The translations under genes were made by a program, and so were the position numbers. The notes under the pieces were generated by a model. That model was given only the letters and a program-made list of their open reading frames with translations. It ran no database searches and was not told the DNA's origin. Source: Mustelus asterias (Eukaryota). Taken from it: DNA of 64,000 nucleotides. This document shows positions 11,580-23,186 of this stretch, piece after piece; position 1 is the first letter of the stretch; each line of letters opens with the position of its first letter. The stretch lies in the NCBI RefSeq assembly GCF_964213995.1, contig NC_135819.1:57970001-58034000 (forward strand). Direction: 5' to 3'.

Positions 11580-12810
11580 TGCATTCTCTGAAGCATGGAG
11601 ATCAACCGGCTGATTATTTTAGCTTCCAAAGCTAATGCAATGCCATTATTCAAAAATGGAGGAAGGAATAAACCAAGAAACTCCCCTCAATGGTTTTATT
11701 AAGGGGAGATCATGTCTGACCAACTTGATTGAATTTTTTGAAGAGGTGTATGGAGATGTATTCTTCTTGGACTTCAGCAAGGCTTTTGACATGGCCTCGC
11801 ATCGGAGACTGATAGCAAAGATAAGAGCCCATGGGTTCCAAGGAAATTTGGCAAATTAGATCCAGAATTGTCTGAGTGGCAAGAAGCAGAGGGTAATGGT
11901 CGAGAGGTGTTTTTCAGACTGTAAGACTATGTCCAGTGGGGTCCTGCAGGGATCAGGTTTGGGGCCCTTGCTGTTTGTGGTTTATATGAAAGATTTAGAC
12001 TTGAATGTAGGCGGGTTAATCAGTACGTTTGCAGATGAATTGGTAGAGTGGTAAGTAGTGAGGAGGATAGTCTTAGAATATAGGAGGATGTAGACGGGCT
12101 GGTCAGATGGGCTGATCAATGGCAAATGGAATTCAATTTGGATAAGTGTGAGGTGATGTACTTGGGCGGGATAACCAAGGGAAGGGAACTAAAGGACCCT
12201 GGGAAGCACTATGGATCAGAGGAACTTGGTGTGCACCTTTATGATAATAAGACAGGTGGATAAACTAGATAAGAAAGCATATGCTATGCTTACCTTTATT
12301 AGCTGAGGCATAACATTTAAGAGAAGGGAGGAACTATATAAAATATTGGTTAGGCCACAGCTAGAGTATTGTGTGTAATTCTGGAATCCACATTATAGGA
12401 GGGATGTGATAGCACAGGGAAGGATGCAGAGGATTATTTACCAGGATGTTGCCTGGGCTGAAGACTTTTGGTTATGAAGAGAAATTGGATAGAATGGGGT
12501 TGTTTTCCTTGGAGCAGAGAAGACTGAGGGGGGACATTATTGGGATGTATAAAATTATGAGGGACAGGAATAAACCGTTCCCCTTGGTGGAAGAATCAAT
12601 GACTAGGGGGCATAAATTTAAAGTAAGAGGCAGGAGATTTAGAGAAGATGAGGAAAATCATTTTCGTCCAAAGGAGTCTGGAACTCATTGACTGAAAAGG
12701 TGGTGGAGGCAAAGACCCCAATAACATTTAAGAAGTGATGCCAAGTCATACAAGGCTATGAGCCAAGTGTTGGAAAATAGGATTGTTGTAGAAAGGCGCA
12801 GACACAATAT
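11580..12810 (+). mobile_element. Old CR1 LINE fragment (RT)
   Basis: GRSCLTNLIEFFEEV, LDFSKAFD, GVLQGSGLGP and LFSLEQRRLRGD, with stops. Confidence 0.88.
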
Positions 12811-13224
12811 CTCTGTGACCAAGACCTTGTTGTACATAATACATTGGGTATTTCCCAAGCCAAACTGTTCTATGTTCTATGTAAAACGTTTAAGGGCTAA
12901 TGGTCGTTGTCAGGTATAATTTTCTTTTCCCAGTTCTTGAGCTTTAAAAGCTTGGTTGCCTTGTCCTTCGCGAGACCATGAAACTATAATTGTGACCTGT
13001 TGTGGTAACTGCACTATATTAAAGAAGCTGATTTGCTGAAATGGGTTCAGAGAAGGGTAACAAAGATGATTATGAATTTTAGATCATTCAGTTGTGAAGA
13101 AAGTTTAAAGAAGTTGGAGCAACTTATATTGGAAAAAGAAGAGCAAGACAAAGTTTTCAGAATAATGGAGAAAATTAACATAGATACATAGATATGGTGT
13201 TAATCTAGAGGGAGTAAGATAATA

Positions 13225-13610
13225 AGGAGATGGTGGTATAATAAAAATGTTACTGGACTAATAATCCAGAGGCTTGGACTAATGAGACATGAGTTCAAAT
13301 TCCACTATGATAGCTTGTGAAATTTAAATTCCATTAATTAATAAATCTGGAGTAAAATGTTAGCCTCATTAATAGTGATCATAAACTGTGGGATTGCTGT
13401 AAAACCTCTTATGGTTCACTCGCGTCTTTCAGGAGAGAAAATCTACTCTCCTTACTCAGTTTGGCCTTCATGTGACTGCAGACCAGTAGCAGAATTGTTG
13501 ACTCTTAACCTCCCTCTGAAATGACTTTGTTAGCCATTTACTTGTATCAAACCACTGCAAAAAAGTTGAATACCTAAACCACATGGATTGCAGAGGTTCA
13601 AGAAGGTGAA
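13225..13610 (+). mobile_element. tRNA-derived SINE (same family as 43078-43420), decayed
   Basis: 'ggactaataatccagagg..gagttcaaattcc', 'ggttcact..ttcaggagagaaaatct', 'catgtgactgcagacc..ttgactcttaacctccctctgaaatg'. A head-only copy is at ~4770-4845. Confidence 0.65.
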
Positions 13611-13739
13611 ATAAGCTTAGGATTGGAGTAAGCACGGACTAGTAAATGCCTTTTTTCCCTTGCATTCTTTTATATTTGCTGGATGACGTGACAAATCTTT
13701 GTATGATTTGGCTTGCACTTTTTCTTATATAAAAATAGC

Positions 13740-14560
13740 ATGATCGAGGATGTAGGGAGTACAGTATCAAAGTTTGTAGATGATATAAAACTTGGCCACA
13801 TAATAAATTGTAATTTTATAGTAGCAGACTTCAGAAGGACATAGACAAACTGGTGAAATGGTCAAACAGGTCGAAGATTCAATTTAATGTGAATAAGGGT
13901 GAAGTGAATTAATGTTGCGGGAAGAATAACTTGAAGAAGTGATATAATCTAAAGGGCGCTATTTTAAACAGGGTGCAAAAGAATGTGGAGGTTATGTTCA
14001 TAGCTTCCTGGAAGTAATGGGGAAGTTCATAAGGCAATTAAGAAAGCATATGGGATATGTGGCTATGTAAATAGGACATTAAATACAAAAATAAGGAAAT
14101 CATGCTAAACCTTCACAAATCACAGGTTAGGCCTCATGTGTACAATTCTGGAAACGTACTTTAGTAGACAAAGAGGAGGTTTATCAGGATGGTACCAGGC
14201 ATGAGGGAGTTCAGTTATTCAGAGATTGGAGAAGCTGGGATTGTTTTCCTGACAACAGAGAAGGTTATGGGGAAACTTGAGTAAAAATACAAACGGTTTT
14301 CATGGAGCAAATGGGGATTAAATTGTTTCTTTGGCCAGTGAGTTGTGGAGCTGAAAAGTTTTCATATAGAGAGTTATTAAAAACTGGAAGGAATTACTTG
14401 AAAGGATGGAGGAATCAGATTTCAAAAGAACTTTCAAAAGATGCTTAGTTATGTACTCCAAGAGGTTTGCAAGATAATGGGGAAATAAAATTGGGTTTGG
14501 GACTAAATTAGAAAGCACTTCCAAAGAGCTAACAGACATGATAGTACAGCAAAAGGCCAT
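13740..14560 (+). mobile_element. Very old CR1 fragment (RT to 3' UTR)
   Basis: Decayed SKFVDDIKL, RLQKDIDKL, IMLNLHKSQVRPH and LEKLGLFS. Confidence 0.75.
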
Positions 14561-15398
14561 TCAACCTATAGATTTTATAAATATACTGGGATACCAAAAT
14601 AGCTTGGCTATCCTTTCCAAAGCAGAAGTTGTCGGGTTTTTCTGGTTCTCTTTTTGCTTTAAAATTTGCACCTCTCGCTGGAGCTTCTTTTTGGGAAAAT
14701 ACTGACTATTAATGCTGTTCCTTTTAGTGTTTCTCTTGTACCCTGATTCACTCCTTTTTGGTCCTGTAGTTTATCTTGTGGTTTCTTTATTATAATGCCG
14801 CCTTTAATTTGGGACCATCTGCTATAGCTTCACTTGAAGCAGAAATGCCTACTGTTACTTCACTGGATGTTGCTGGCTTCAGCTCCTCATGATGTTCTTC
14901 ATGATGCTAGCACTTTACTGAGATCATATTTGCTGCTTTTTTAGTTTGATTCCTGAGCAAGCTCTGTGAAGATCTGCAAAAAGTTACTAATTATACTGAT
15001 TGCTAGTTAAATACTGATTAAAATCTTGGGTTTTTTTTTCCAACATGTGAGTTATTGGTGTTCCATGTCTTGTCAATGATAAGTTCATTGAAGCATTAAA
15101 TAAAATATACAACTAATTCATTAGATAAACGACGTTTTCATGTAACATGTATATGCATTCACATTTTGGGCGTAGATCAATGTTTTGAAAAAAGGAAATA
15201 GATCTTTTAATCTATGCACACATGAGGGAAAAGGAAACAGGCATATGGGAGTAGGATGGGAAGAGGTAATTAGAGTGGAAGGAGGCTTGTGGGAAGTATA
15301 AACACCTGTGGAAGGTTTGTAATACAATGATGGGCAGTGTTTTATTTCTATATTTTTTGCCAGCTTTCTCACTTCTCTTCTCATCTCCTAAATGTTTT

Positions 15399-16014
15399 GG
15401 GTGGAATTTTCTCCAAAAAATTAAAACTGTAAAACAGGAGGTTTTCTTGCCTGTTTTTTTTGCGAGGTTAAGTCATGGTAATTTCCGGCACTTGTGCAAT
15501 ACAAAGGCCATAATGTACATCTCGCCAGTGGAGGGGGATAGAGTTTCAGCCTACCCGTGAGACCAGCTGCTGAGCTCTAGGGGCACTATTGTGCAACCGT
15601 CCTGATCACCCAGTATAGTGGAAGATCTGTCACCACCCACCCCACACCTGGCACAGGCTGGTACTGCCTGGCCCTGCCCCCGACCACCCAGGGAGTTTCA
15701 GTGGTTTCCTATCCCACCGGCGAGGCCATCCCATCAGGACCCTGTTAGTGGGGACCATCTGTGATCCTCACCGATGAGGACCTTGACCTGCATGGGTCTA
15801 ATGTAAGTGAGCCTGGACTATTGTGTCCTGGGTTCGTTAATGACATGGTAAGCATGTCATGAATATTTAAATCAGTCTTGCGCCCAGATTTCGCTGACGG
15901 ACCGAGGCCAGCAAGATCACGAGAAGCAAGAAATTGGGAGGGAACCTGACTTTTCGCCGCTTACCAGCTCGCCACGCCGATCGACTGGTGTGGCAAGCCA
16001 GTTAGATCCTGCCC
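15399..16014. mobile_element. Non-autonomous PIF/Harbinger-like element
   Basis: GC-rich island bounded by degenerate TIRs gggtggaatttt / agatcctgccc, similar to other Harbinger-like ends in the window. No clean TSD. Confidence 0.45.
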
Positions 16015-16804
16015 ACTGTCTTTTCTGAGTTGTGGTTCCAAGGACATGATCCTCAAGAGTGATGAGAGTGTGAAACCTGTTGCCACATGATGTAGATGAC
16101 ATTGATACATTTAAGAGTCTTCATACGCACTTGAGGGAAAACAAAAGAGGAATATGGGAGTATGATGGGAAGAGGTAATTAAAGTGAAAGGAGGCTTGCG
16201 AAGAAGTATAAATACCTGCAAAGAGCAGCTAGGTCTTATGGTCTATTTTGTCGATTCTATTAAATTTTATCTGGCGTTTGATCCTAGTTGCGATTCTTCA
16301 CATTTATACTTGGGAATGTTGACGGGTTCATGAGAATGAGCTCTGGATGATTTCCTTCCCTAACAAAGAGCTACTGAGGTAAATTGTAGCCTGCCAAATA
16401 TTGACTGCATGAGATCAACTAATTTAGTTTAGATTGGGCATCACATCTGGGGTATCTTGCACATTATGGTTAGCCTGAAATAGTGAATAACAGGGCTGGG
16501 TGTTGTGATAAGGCAAATCTAGCTTCATGCTTTGACAGCCAGTTGATGAATTGCATTGAATATTTTATGTACTGCTCATGGAAGTGGCATGAACAGTGGT
16601 ATATGATGCTCCAAAGTACCATGTCAGTCAGTAATGGTCCATAGGTACATTGATTCAATTTCCCTACTCCACACCTTTCTTCCACGAGAGTTTCTGATTT
16701 TTGCCCTTGTTTACAAGTTGAATGGAAACTTTGTGTTTCTCTACAAGGAAAGTCTTCATCCTAGTGACAAGCTAAAGTGCAATTTTTAGATGCATGTCTA
16801 ATGT

Positions 16805-17115
16805 GGGTGGCACGGTGGCATAGTGGTTAGCACTGCTGCCTCTCAGCGCCAGGGACTCAGGTTCGATTCCCGGCCTGGGTGACTGTCTGTGTGGAGTTTG
16901 CACGTTCTCCCCATGGCTGCGTGGGTTTCATCCCACAGTCCAAAAATGTGTGGGCTAGGTTAATTGGCCATGCTAAATTGCTGGAAGTGTTAGGGGGATG
17001 TCAGAGGGATTAGTAGGGTAAATGGATGGGGTTGCGGGGGTGGGGCCAGGGTGGGATTATTGTCGGTGCAGGCTTGATGGGCCGAAAGGCCTCCTTCTGC
17101 ACTGTAGATATTCTA
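16805..17115 (+). mobile_element. HE1-like V-SINE
   Basis: A box TGGCATAGTGG, B box GGTTCGATTCC, V domain with a small internal deletion, CR1-type tail gatgggccgaaaggcctccttctgcactgtag. Confidence 0.92.
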
Positions 17116-17236
17116 AATGTAAAATCTTCCATGAGCTAGTGTTACATTTAGTGTAATAAAATTTTATTACACTAAATAGTGTTACTATTTAGTCTAATAA
17201 AATTTTTCTTCTCTGCATCCAAATCATTCATTAATG

Positions 17237-17442
17237 CAGGGGTTCTTAAACTGGGTTCCACGGGACCCTTGTAGGGGTTCTGTGGTCGATTGAACGGCAA
17301 GTCTCAATTGTACCTATTGCGCAATAATAAGCATTTTATTTGTGGTTTAATTTTTCAATATGATAATGTTTCTCAGGGGTTCTTTTAGTACCTTTTGGAG
17401 GTCAAAAAGGTTTCTGTGGCTGGAAATGTTTGGGAAACCCTG
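17237..17442. mobile_element. hAT (Charlie-like) MITE
   Basis: TIRs CAGGGGTTCTTAAAC ... GTTTGGGAAACCCTG. The expected 8-bp TSD is not recognisable. Confidence 0.6.
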
Positions 17443-18107
17443 TACCGTATTTAAGAATGGTAACTTGGTGAAATTTTATTACTCTAGTTGAAAACAATTT
17501 ATCATAATAAGCATTGTTATTAAGTGTCTGGTCCTCCACCTCTGATGGACCTGATTTTAAATTGCTGAAAATTACTTTTGAAAAAACTATCTTGAACCAT
17601 TATTAGTTTTATTGGGATAGATTGCTCATTTTCTTTAAATATGTTTTAATTAAATATGTTTTAACATGTGAAAAAGTATTTTAAGTGTTGACTATTTCTT
17701 GTGTATAAAATGAAAAAAACAAGCTTAATTCAAAGAGTCTCCTTGAACAGCTGGAAGTGGATGCAATTAGCAAAAACTAGCCATCATCATTATTTTAATA
17801 TGGGGCCATGGCCAAATTTGTGAACTTCCAGTGTTTTAAACTAGCGCGTTAAAGATTGTGGAATCTTGTCTTACACTTAACATAATTTGTGTTTAATCTT
17901 CTGCAATCTTTCGCACAGGTTTGGTTGATTTCATTTGGATTGGACTGATGAAACTAGAAATTTTTTTAAAAGGCAGCAAAATAAAACAGCAATTTTGTTG
18001 ATAATGTTAGCAATTAGACATTAGAAATAGCAATTTTCTAGGATTAATAATGTGAAATTATGTGAATCATCTTGTAATCATTAGGTGGCTTTTTAAGTTT
18101 GTGAATA

Positions 18108-19030
18108 TGGGGATATAGCGATGAGGACGTTAAGAGGATACAGCAGGATATAGATCGGTTGGAGACTTGGGCGGAGAGGTGGCAGATGGCGTTTAATCCA
18201 GACAAATGTGAGGTAATGCATTTTGGAAGGTCCAATACAGATGGGAAATATACAATAAATGGCAGAACCCTTAAAAGTATTGATAGGCAGAGGTATCTGG
18301 GTGTACAGGTACACAGATCACAAAGTGGCAAAGCAGGTGGAGAAGGCAGTCAAGAAGGCATACAGTGTGCTTGCCTTCATCGGCAGGGGCATTGAGTTTA
18401 AAAATTGGCAAGTCATGTTGCAGCTTTATAGAACCTTGGATAGGCCACACTTGGAATATAGTGTTCAATTCTGGTCGCCACACTACCAGAAGGATGTGGA
18501 GGCTTTGGACAGGATACAGAAAAGATTTACCAGGATGTTGCCTGGTATGGAGGGCATTAGCTTTGAGGAGAGGTTGGAGAAACTTGGTTTGTTCTCACTG
18601 GAACGACGGAGGTTGAGGGGCGTCCACTTCCAGCTGTTCAAGGAGACTCTTTGAATTAAGCTTGTTTTTTTCAGATAGAAGTCTACAAGATTATGAGCGG
18701 CATGGACAGTGATTAGTCAGAAGGTTTTTCCCAGGGTGGAAGAGTCAATTACTAGGGGGCATAGGTTTGAGGTGCCGGGGAAAAGATTTGAAGGAGATGT
18801 GCGTGGCAAGTTTTTTTCCACAGAGGGTGGTGGGTGCCTGGAACTCACTGCCGGGGCAGGTAGTGGAAGCAGATACGAGAGTGACTTTTAAGGGGCGTCT
18901 TGACAAATACATGAGTAGGATGGGAATAGAAGGATATGGTCCCAGGCAGGGTAGGGGGTTTTAGTTCAGTCGGGCAGCACGGTTGCTGCAGGCTTGGAGG
19001 GATGATGGGCCTGTTTCTGTGCTGTAATTT
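18108..19030 (+). mobile_element. 5'-truncated CR1 LINE carrying a 54-bp templated insertion
   Basis: WAERWQMAFNPDKCEVMHFG, RPHLEYSVQFWSP, LFSLERRRLRG, and a 3' UTR. Foreign segment at 18620-18673. Confidence 0.92.
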
Positions 19031-20131
19031 TCTTTTGTTGTTCTTGTTTTTTTGGGACACGGCACATTGTTGGAGCAGAGTAATGGGAATTTACTTTCAA
19101 AATTGGTTATACTGTTTCTGACGTGGAATGATTAATGTTATAAAGCTGAACATCATAATTTGACATCGAGATTATTCTTGATGTCATAATATTTATTCAA
19201 ATCAGGAGCTATAGTTAATTCTGTAATTACTGTTGTGAAGTGACATACTGTTGTTTGGAACTCGAGTGAGAAAACAGTAAATAAAGTTAATATGTTTTGC
19301 TTTTGGTCAAGTTCAATGAAGGAGTCACAATTAAGGAAATTGTTAGAATCCAATGTACTTAAGATGAAGATACCAAAAAAAAAGAAACCAGCTGCAAATC
19401 AAGCACTATTTAATTAAAAGAAGGGCGTTGTGCTCAGTTTTATAATTTTATTTAATCTAGCCTATCCTAACTTATCTAACCTATGTTTCAATTAGGAGTT
19501 AATTTTTAAACTTTTACACACCACTCATGCGCCTCATACTTGAAATTGTAATACTTTATAAATTTTTATTGCCTGTAATACAGTTTGAGGTAGTGCCAAT
19601 ATAAATAAGCTCATCTGTTCTAGTTGGGGCTTAATATTGCAACAGTTAATTCCCATGATTTGTATTTAAGTGGCTTTCATTTTCATTTGTGTCATGCATT
19701 TTGTTTGGCATGAATTGATCAACCACTTATCAACATGCGTTTTATAGTAGTTTCTTTTTTAAATATATAAATTTTTATTTAAGATTTTCAAATTGAAATG
19801 CAAGATTAAAAATTACAGTGTGGAATTTATCCACACACTGCAGATACCATACTATACAAATCTAACCATTAGGCTGAAAAGTTTAGTCTTGACCTCAAAG
19901 CTTTCTCATCAGTCATCAGCAGTTGAATATTGCCCTTGATAGTATCCAGCTCATTTTGGCTAAATGAACAATGACAAAATATTACTTTAATAGGAGGCAA
20001 AGACATTCCCAAGGCCTTTGATATTATCGTGTTCATGTCTACAACAATATGTATTCTAGCATTTTCCTGTAAAATAATATTACTTTGAGATCTGAATTAT
20101 GGTTTAAAACATCTATTGATTCCTCATAAAT

Positions 20132-20246
20132 GGGGGTAAAATTGTAGCGGGCAGGATCAAAAATTTGGCGGACAATTTAAAGGTCCGCTGACCTCGAGCG
20201 GGAATTTCTGGCCTTGGGGCATGCAGGACCGGAAAATCCCAGCCAG
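20132..20246. mobile_element. Short Harbinger-type MITE (same family as 39236-39361)
   Basis: Shares the core 'aaaggtccg(c/t)tgacctc..cggga(a)ttt' and the end 'gaaaat(c/t)cc' with the 39.3-kb copy. Confidence 0.5.
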
Positions 20247-21369
20247 GATTTCCATGTTTCTCTTGGATTAGGTTGTTCTACACAAGTTAGTTTTTACAAT
20301 TTCACTTTGTGGCAATTATATTACAAATGGATGTAAATATGAAAATGAAATATGGCGTTAAGTTAATGTGGTGATTATTGGTACATTCTGGGCTGTCGCT
20401 TTTCAAGGAACTGAATATATAACTACCATTTTTGTGCAGTTTAAACATGGACAGAATAGGTGGTTAGAGGTACTGTATGGATTTTTATGGTGAAGAGGGC
20501 TTGGGCATGCACCCATGCACAGTGGGTACATGTTTGCTGTATCTTGAATAATCAAGCTGCTACATTTTAATAATGTAAATTAACTGTGGCCATTCAGCAA
20601 TCTTGGCCCTCCAAGTCAAGACCAATGTGCAAGTAATCACAGGATTGTTGCAGCAGTCGTGTTTGGAGTAGTGTTTGGATCAAGGAAACAGCAGTTACTT
20701 CGAATGGGAATCTTGTATGATGGGAAGTGATGTTTACAATAGAGGTCTGTGAATTATTGCAGTCATTATAGCACTTGTCAAAATGCTTATTTATCAAATG
20801 TGCCATTCTCTGGCCTTTTACTTCATTGAATTTTTTTCATTTCATTTCAAATAAAATTTGCTGAACACATTGAGCCAGAATAAAGAAAATATGAACAAAA
20901 CAAAAAAACAAAATAAGTAGGACAAAATGAAGAAATTGAAGCTCTCCCTGTCTTTAACTTCCTGTGAAGTCATTGATTCCTTTTTGAAGTCGAGTTCCAC
21001 AGATGCCAGTACACTGTGCTTTTCCTCCTGGTGAGAATTCTTCATCAGATAATCCAGACCGAATGTCAGTAGACATTTAAAAATGAGAAAATTGCACCTT
21101 AGTCTTGCCGTGTTATCATGGAACAGCGACCACTGGAAAACAATCAGAAATGCAAAAACAGACTGACTTTCCCCATTCTTACCCAGGTCAGTCACTTCTT
21201 GGTGAAACATGGAGGAGCAAAAGAATTGGAATTGAAAGTTTACTTTCAATTATGCAAAATAATTTAGCGCTATACTGATATTTAGGAGACTACATTAAAA
21301 ATTATTCATAAATTAGCTCTTCCGAAACATTTTTTTATGTGAAAGTTTATGGAAATATTTAAATCTGAA

Positions 21370-21735
21370 CTGTGGATCAATCTTGGTCCCCTCCTATTTT
21401 TCAACTGCGTGATGCTTCTTGGTGACATCATCCAATCTAACATCCAGTACTGGATGCAAGGAAATTCTTCCAAATAAATATCGGGGAGACTGAAGCCATT
21501 GTTTTTGGTTCATGTCCTACACCCTGTTCTCTAACTACCAACTCCATCCCTCTCCTTGCCAAGCAGTATGAAATTATTAAGCCAGATCTGTTTGTAACCT
21601 AAGTGCTTCCAAAGTCTCATTCTCTATTATTTCCTAATTCTACCTCCATAACATTGCTCTACTTCACCCTGTCTCAGCTTATGTGTCCTCATCTGTGCCT
21701 TTCTGATCACTAAACTTGATTATTCAAGTCTGCAC
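21370..21735 (+). mobile_element. Old L2-like LINE fragment
   Basis: Decayed GSILGPLLF and NIGETEAIVFG, plus 'ctcatctgtgccttt..cactaaacttgattattc' (LIHAF..LDY-like). Confidence 0.6.
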
Positions 21736-21742
21736 TGCACTG

Positions 21743-22417
21743 TGTCATGTGAGTGTACCTTTAAGAAAGTTTTTTTTGAAGTCATGGAGCTTACAGCTTC
21801 GGCAATGTCATTGGGGGTGGAGCTAAGTTATGGCAGTCAGATGATAGGGTTTTCAGTTTTCTTCGTGGCAATCAGGTGATAGGGATTTTTCCTTTGGGCT
21901 TTTAGTTTCGTTTTGGGAATCAGTTTAGCAGAAAGCTAAGAAGCAGTCTCTTTCTCTCCCTGTTTTGTTTCCTCTTTATTTGGTTCTCCCTTAAAGAAAC
22001 TGTGTTTAGGGGAAACAAATTCAATTACAACCTCTTCTGAGTTTCTTCACAAGGGATTTTCAGCATTCAATCCAGGAGGCTTGGATATCTGTAATAAGTG
22101 TTTAATAAATTGTGTTTATTTCGAGGGTTTTGTATATTGGATATTGGCTTTGGTTGAACACGTTAGAGATATTTCCTTCAGTTATATATTAGCGTGGTTG
22201 TGCTTCATGTTTGTAATTGTTAATTGTTCTTGCTAATTGTCTTACTATACGCATCAACAATATCCTTAATTAAACTTTGATAAAAGCTCCTCGTGGATCA
22301 GTTGAAACACACTTGAAGTGAAGCCTCTCATGCTCATCCTAGCCAAATTCAACGTAAAACATTGCAGGCAGGCGAGCTTCATAAAATACCTTGAAGTATC
22401 CAACCTGACTTGTAACA
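21743..22417 (+). mobile_element. Solo LTR (Gypsy/ERV type), 675 bp
   Basis: TGTCATG...TGTAACA termini flanked by a perfect 4-bp TSD ACTG (21739-21742 and 22418-22421). Has a GC box ggggtggagc and an internal AATAAA. Confidence 0.8.
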
Positions 22418-22619
22418 ACTGTTCTAACTGGGATAAATAGTTACCATGAAGTCAATAATGTTTATTGCTAATCAAGTTAGTCACTTTATAGTGGCACAGT
22501 GTGGCAAAGGAATTTATTAAGTGCACCATAATGAACAGGCAAAATGTTGTGCACAATCTCTTTCTATCTTGATTTAAATAAGATAACTTGCATCAGTACT
22601 ATATTCAAGTGAATTTTGA

Positions 22620-22965
22620 ATATAAATCCTAAATTTAATACTTTCGAAGTATAGTCATCATTGGCTTTGTAGGCACATGCACTTGGCAATAAACTAGATA
22701 GATGAATGACTAATTTATCTATTTTGCTGGTGTTTGTTGAAGGAGAAGTTTTGGGTTGTCATTAGGAAATCTCCATTATCTTGCGATCTTAATGTTCATC
22801 TGAACAAGCCACGAGGGTGTCTGTTCAATATCCTATTTGTAAAATTACACTTCTGACAATACTCTACTGTGCTGAAGTGACAGTATAGATTATGTTGAAA
22901 TACTAGAATATAGTTTGAATTCAAAATTACCTGACAAAGTGACAGCAACGTTACGAATGGGCCAC
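22620..22965 (-). mobile_element. Decayed Deu-domain SINE
   Basis: Reverse complement of the family blocks ('tactttcgaagtatagtca', 'ctgacaatactctac..gaagtgacagtatagattatgt'). Confidence 0.5.
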
Positions 22966-23186
22966 ACTAGAACTGAAAGAAAAATTGGAAGGAAACTCGC
23001 CTTTTTTCAGAAAATCTTCAGTTAGTTTGGAAAGTGAAATGAGATAAATCTTCACTTCCAAAAATAATTACTGCAATTATCCTGGGCCCACTGTGGCTCT
23101 GGGTTTGCCCACCGGAAGGACTGCTGCAGTTAAATGGAACTGGGAATACATGGTCAAGTGTCCCCCCAAGATTTACCTGCACTTAT

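Noticed and set aside
16805-16880. tRNA gene
   Set aside because: The A and B boxes belong to the tRNA-derived head of a V-SINE and continue into the SINE body.
17940-17965. CTGATGA...GAAA hammerhead-like string (also CTGATGA on the minus strand near 21045 and 63050)
   Set aside because: No stem II or stem I pairing.
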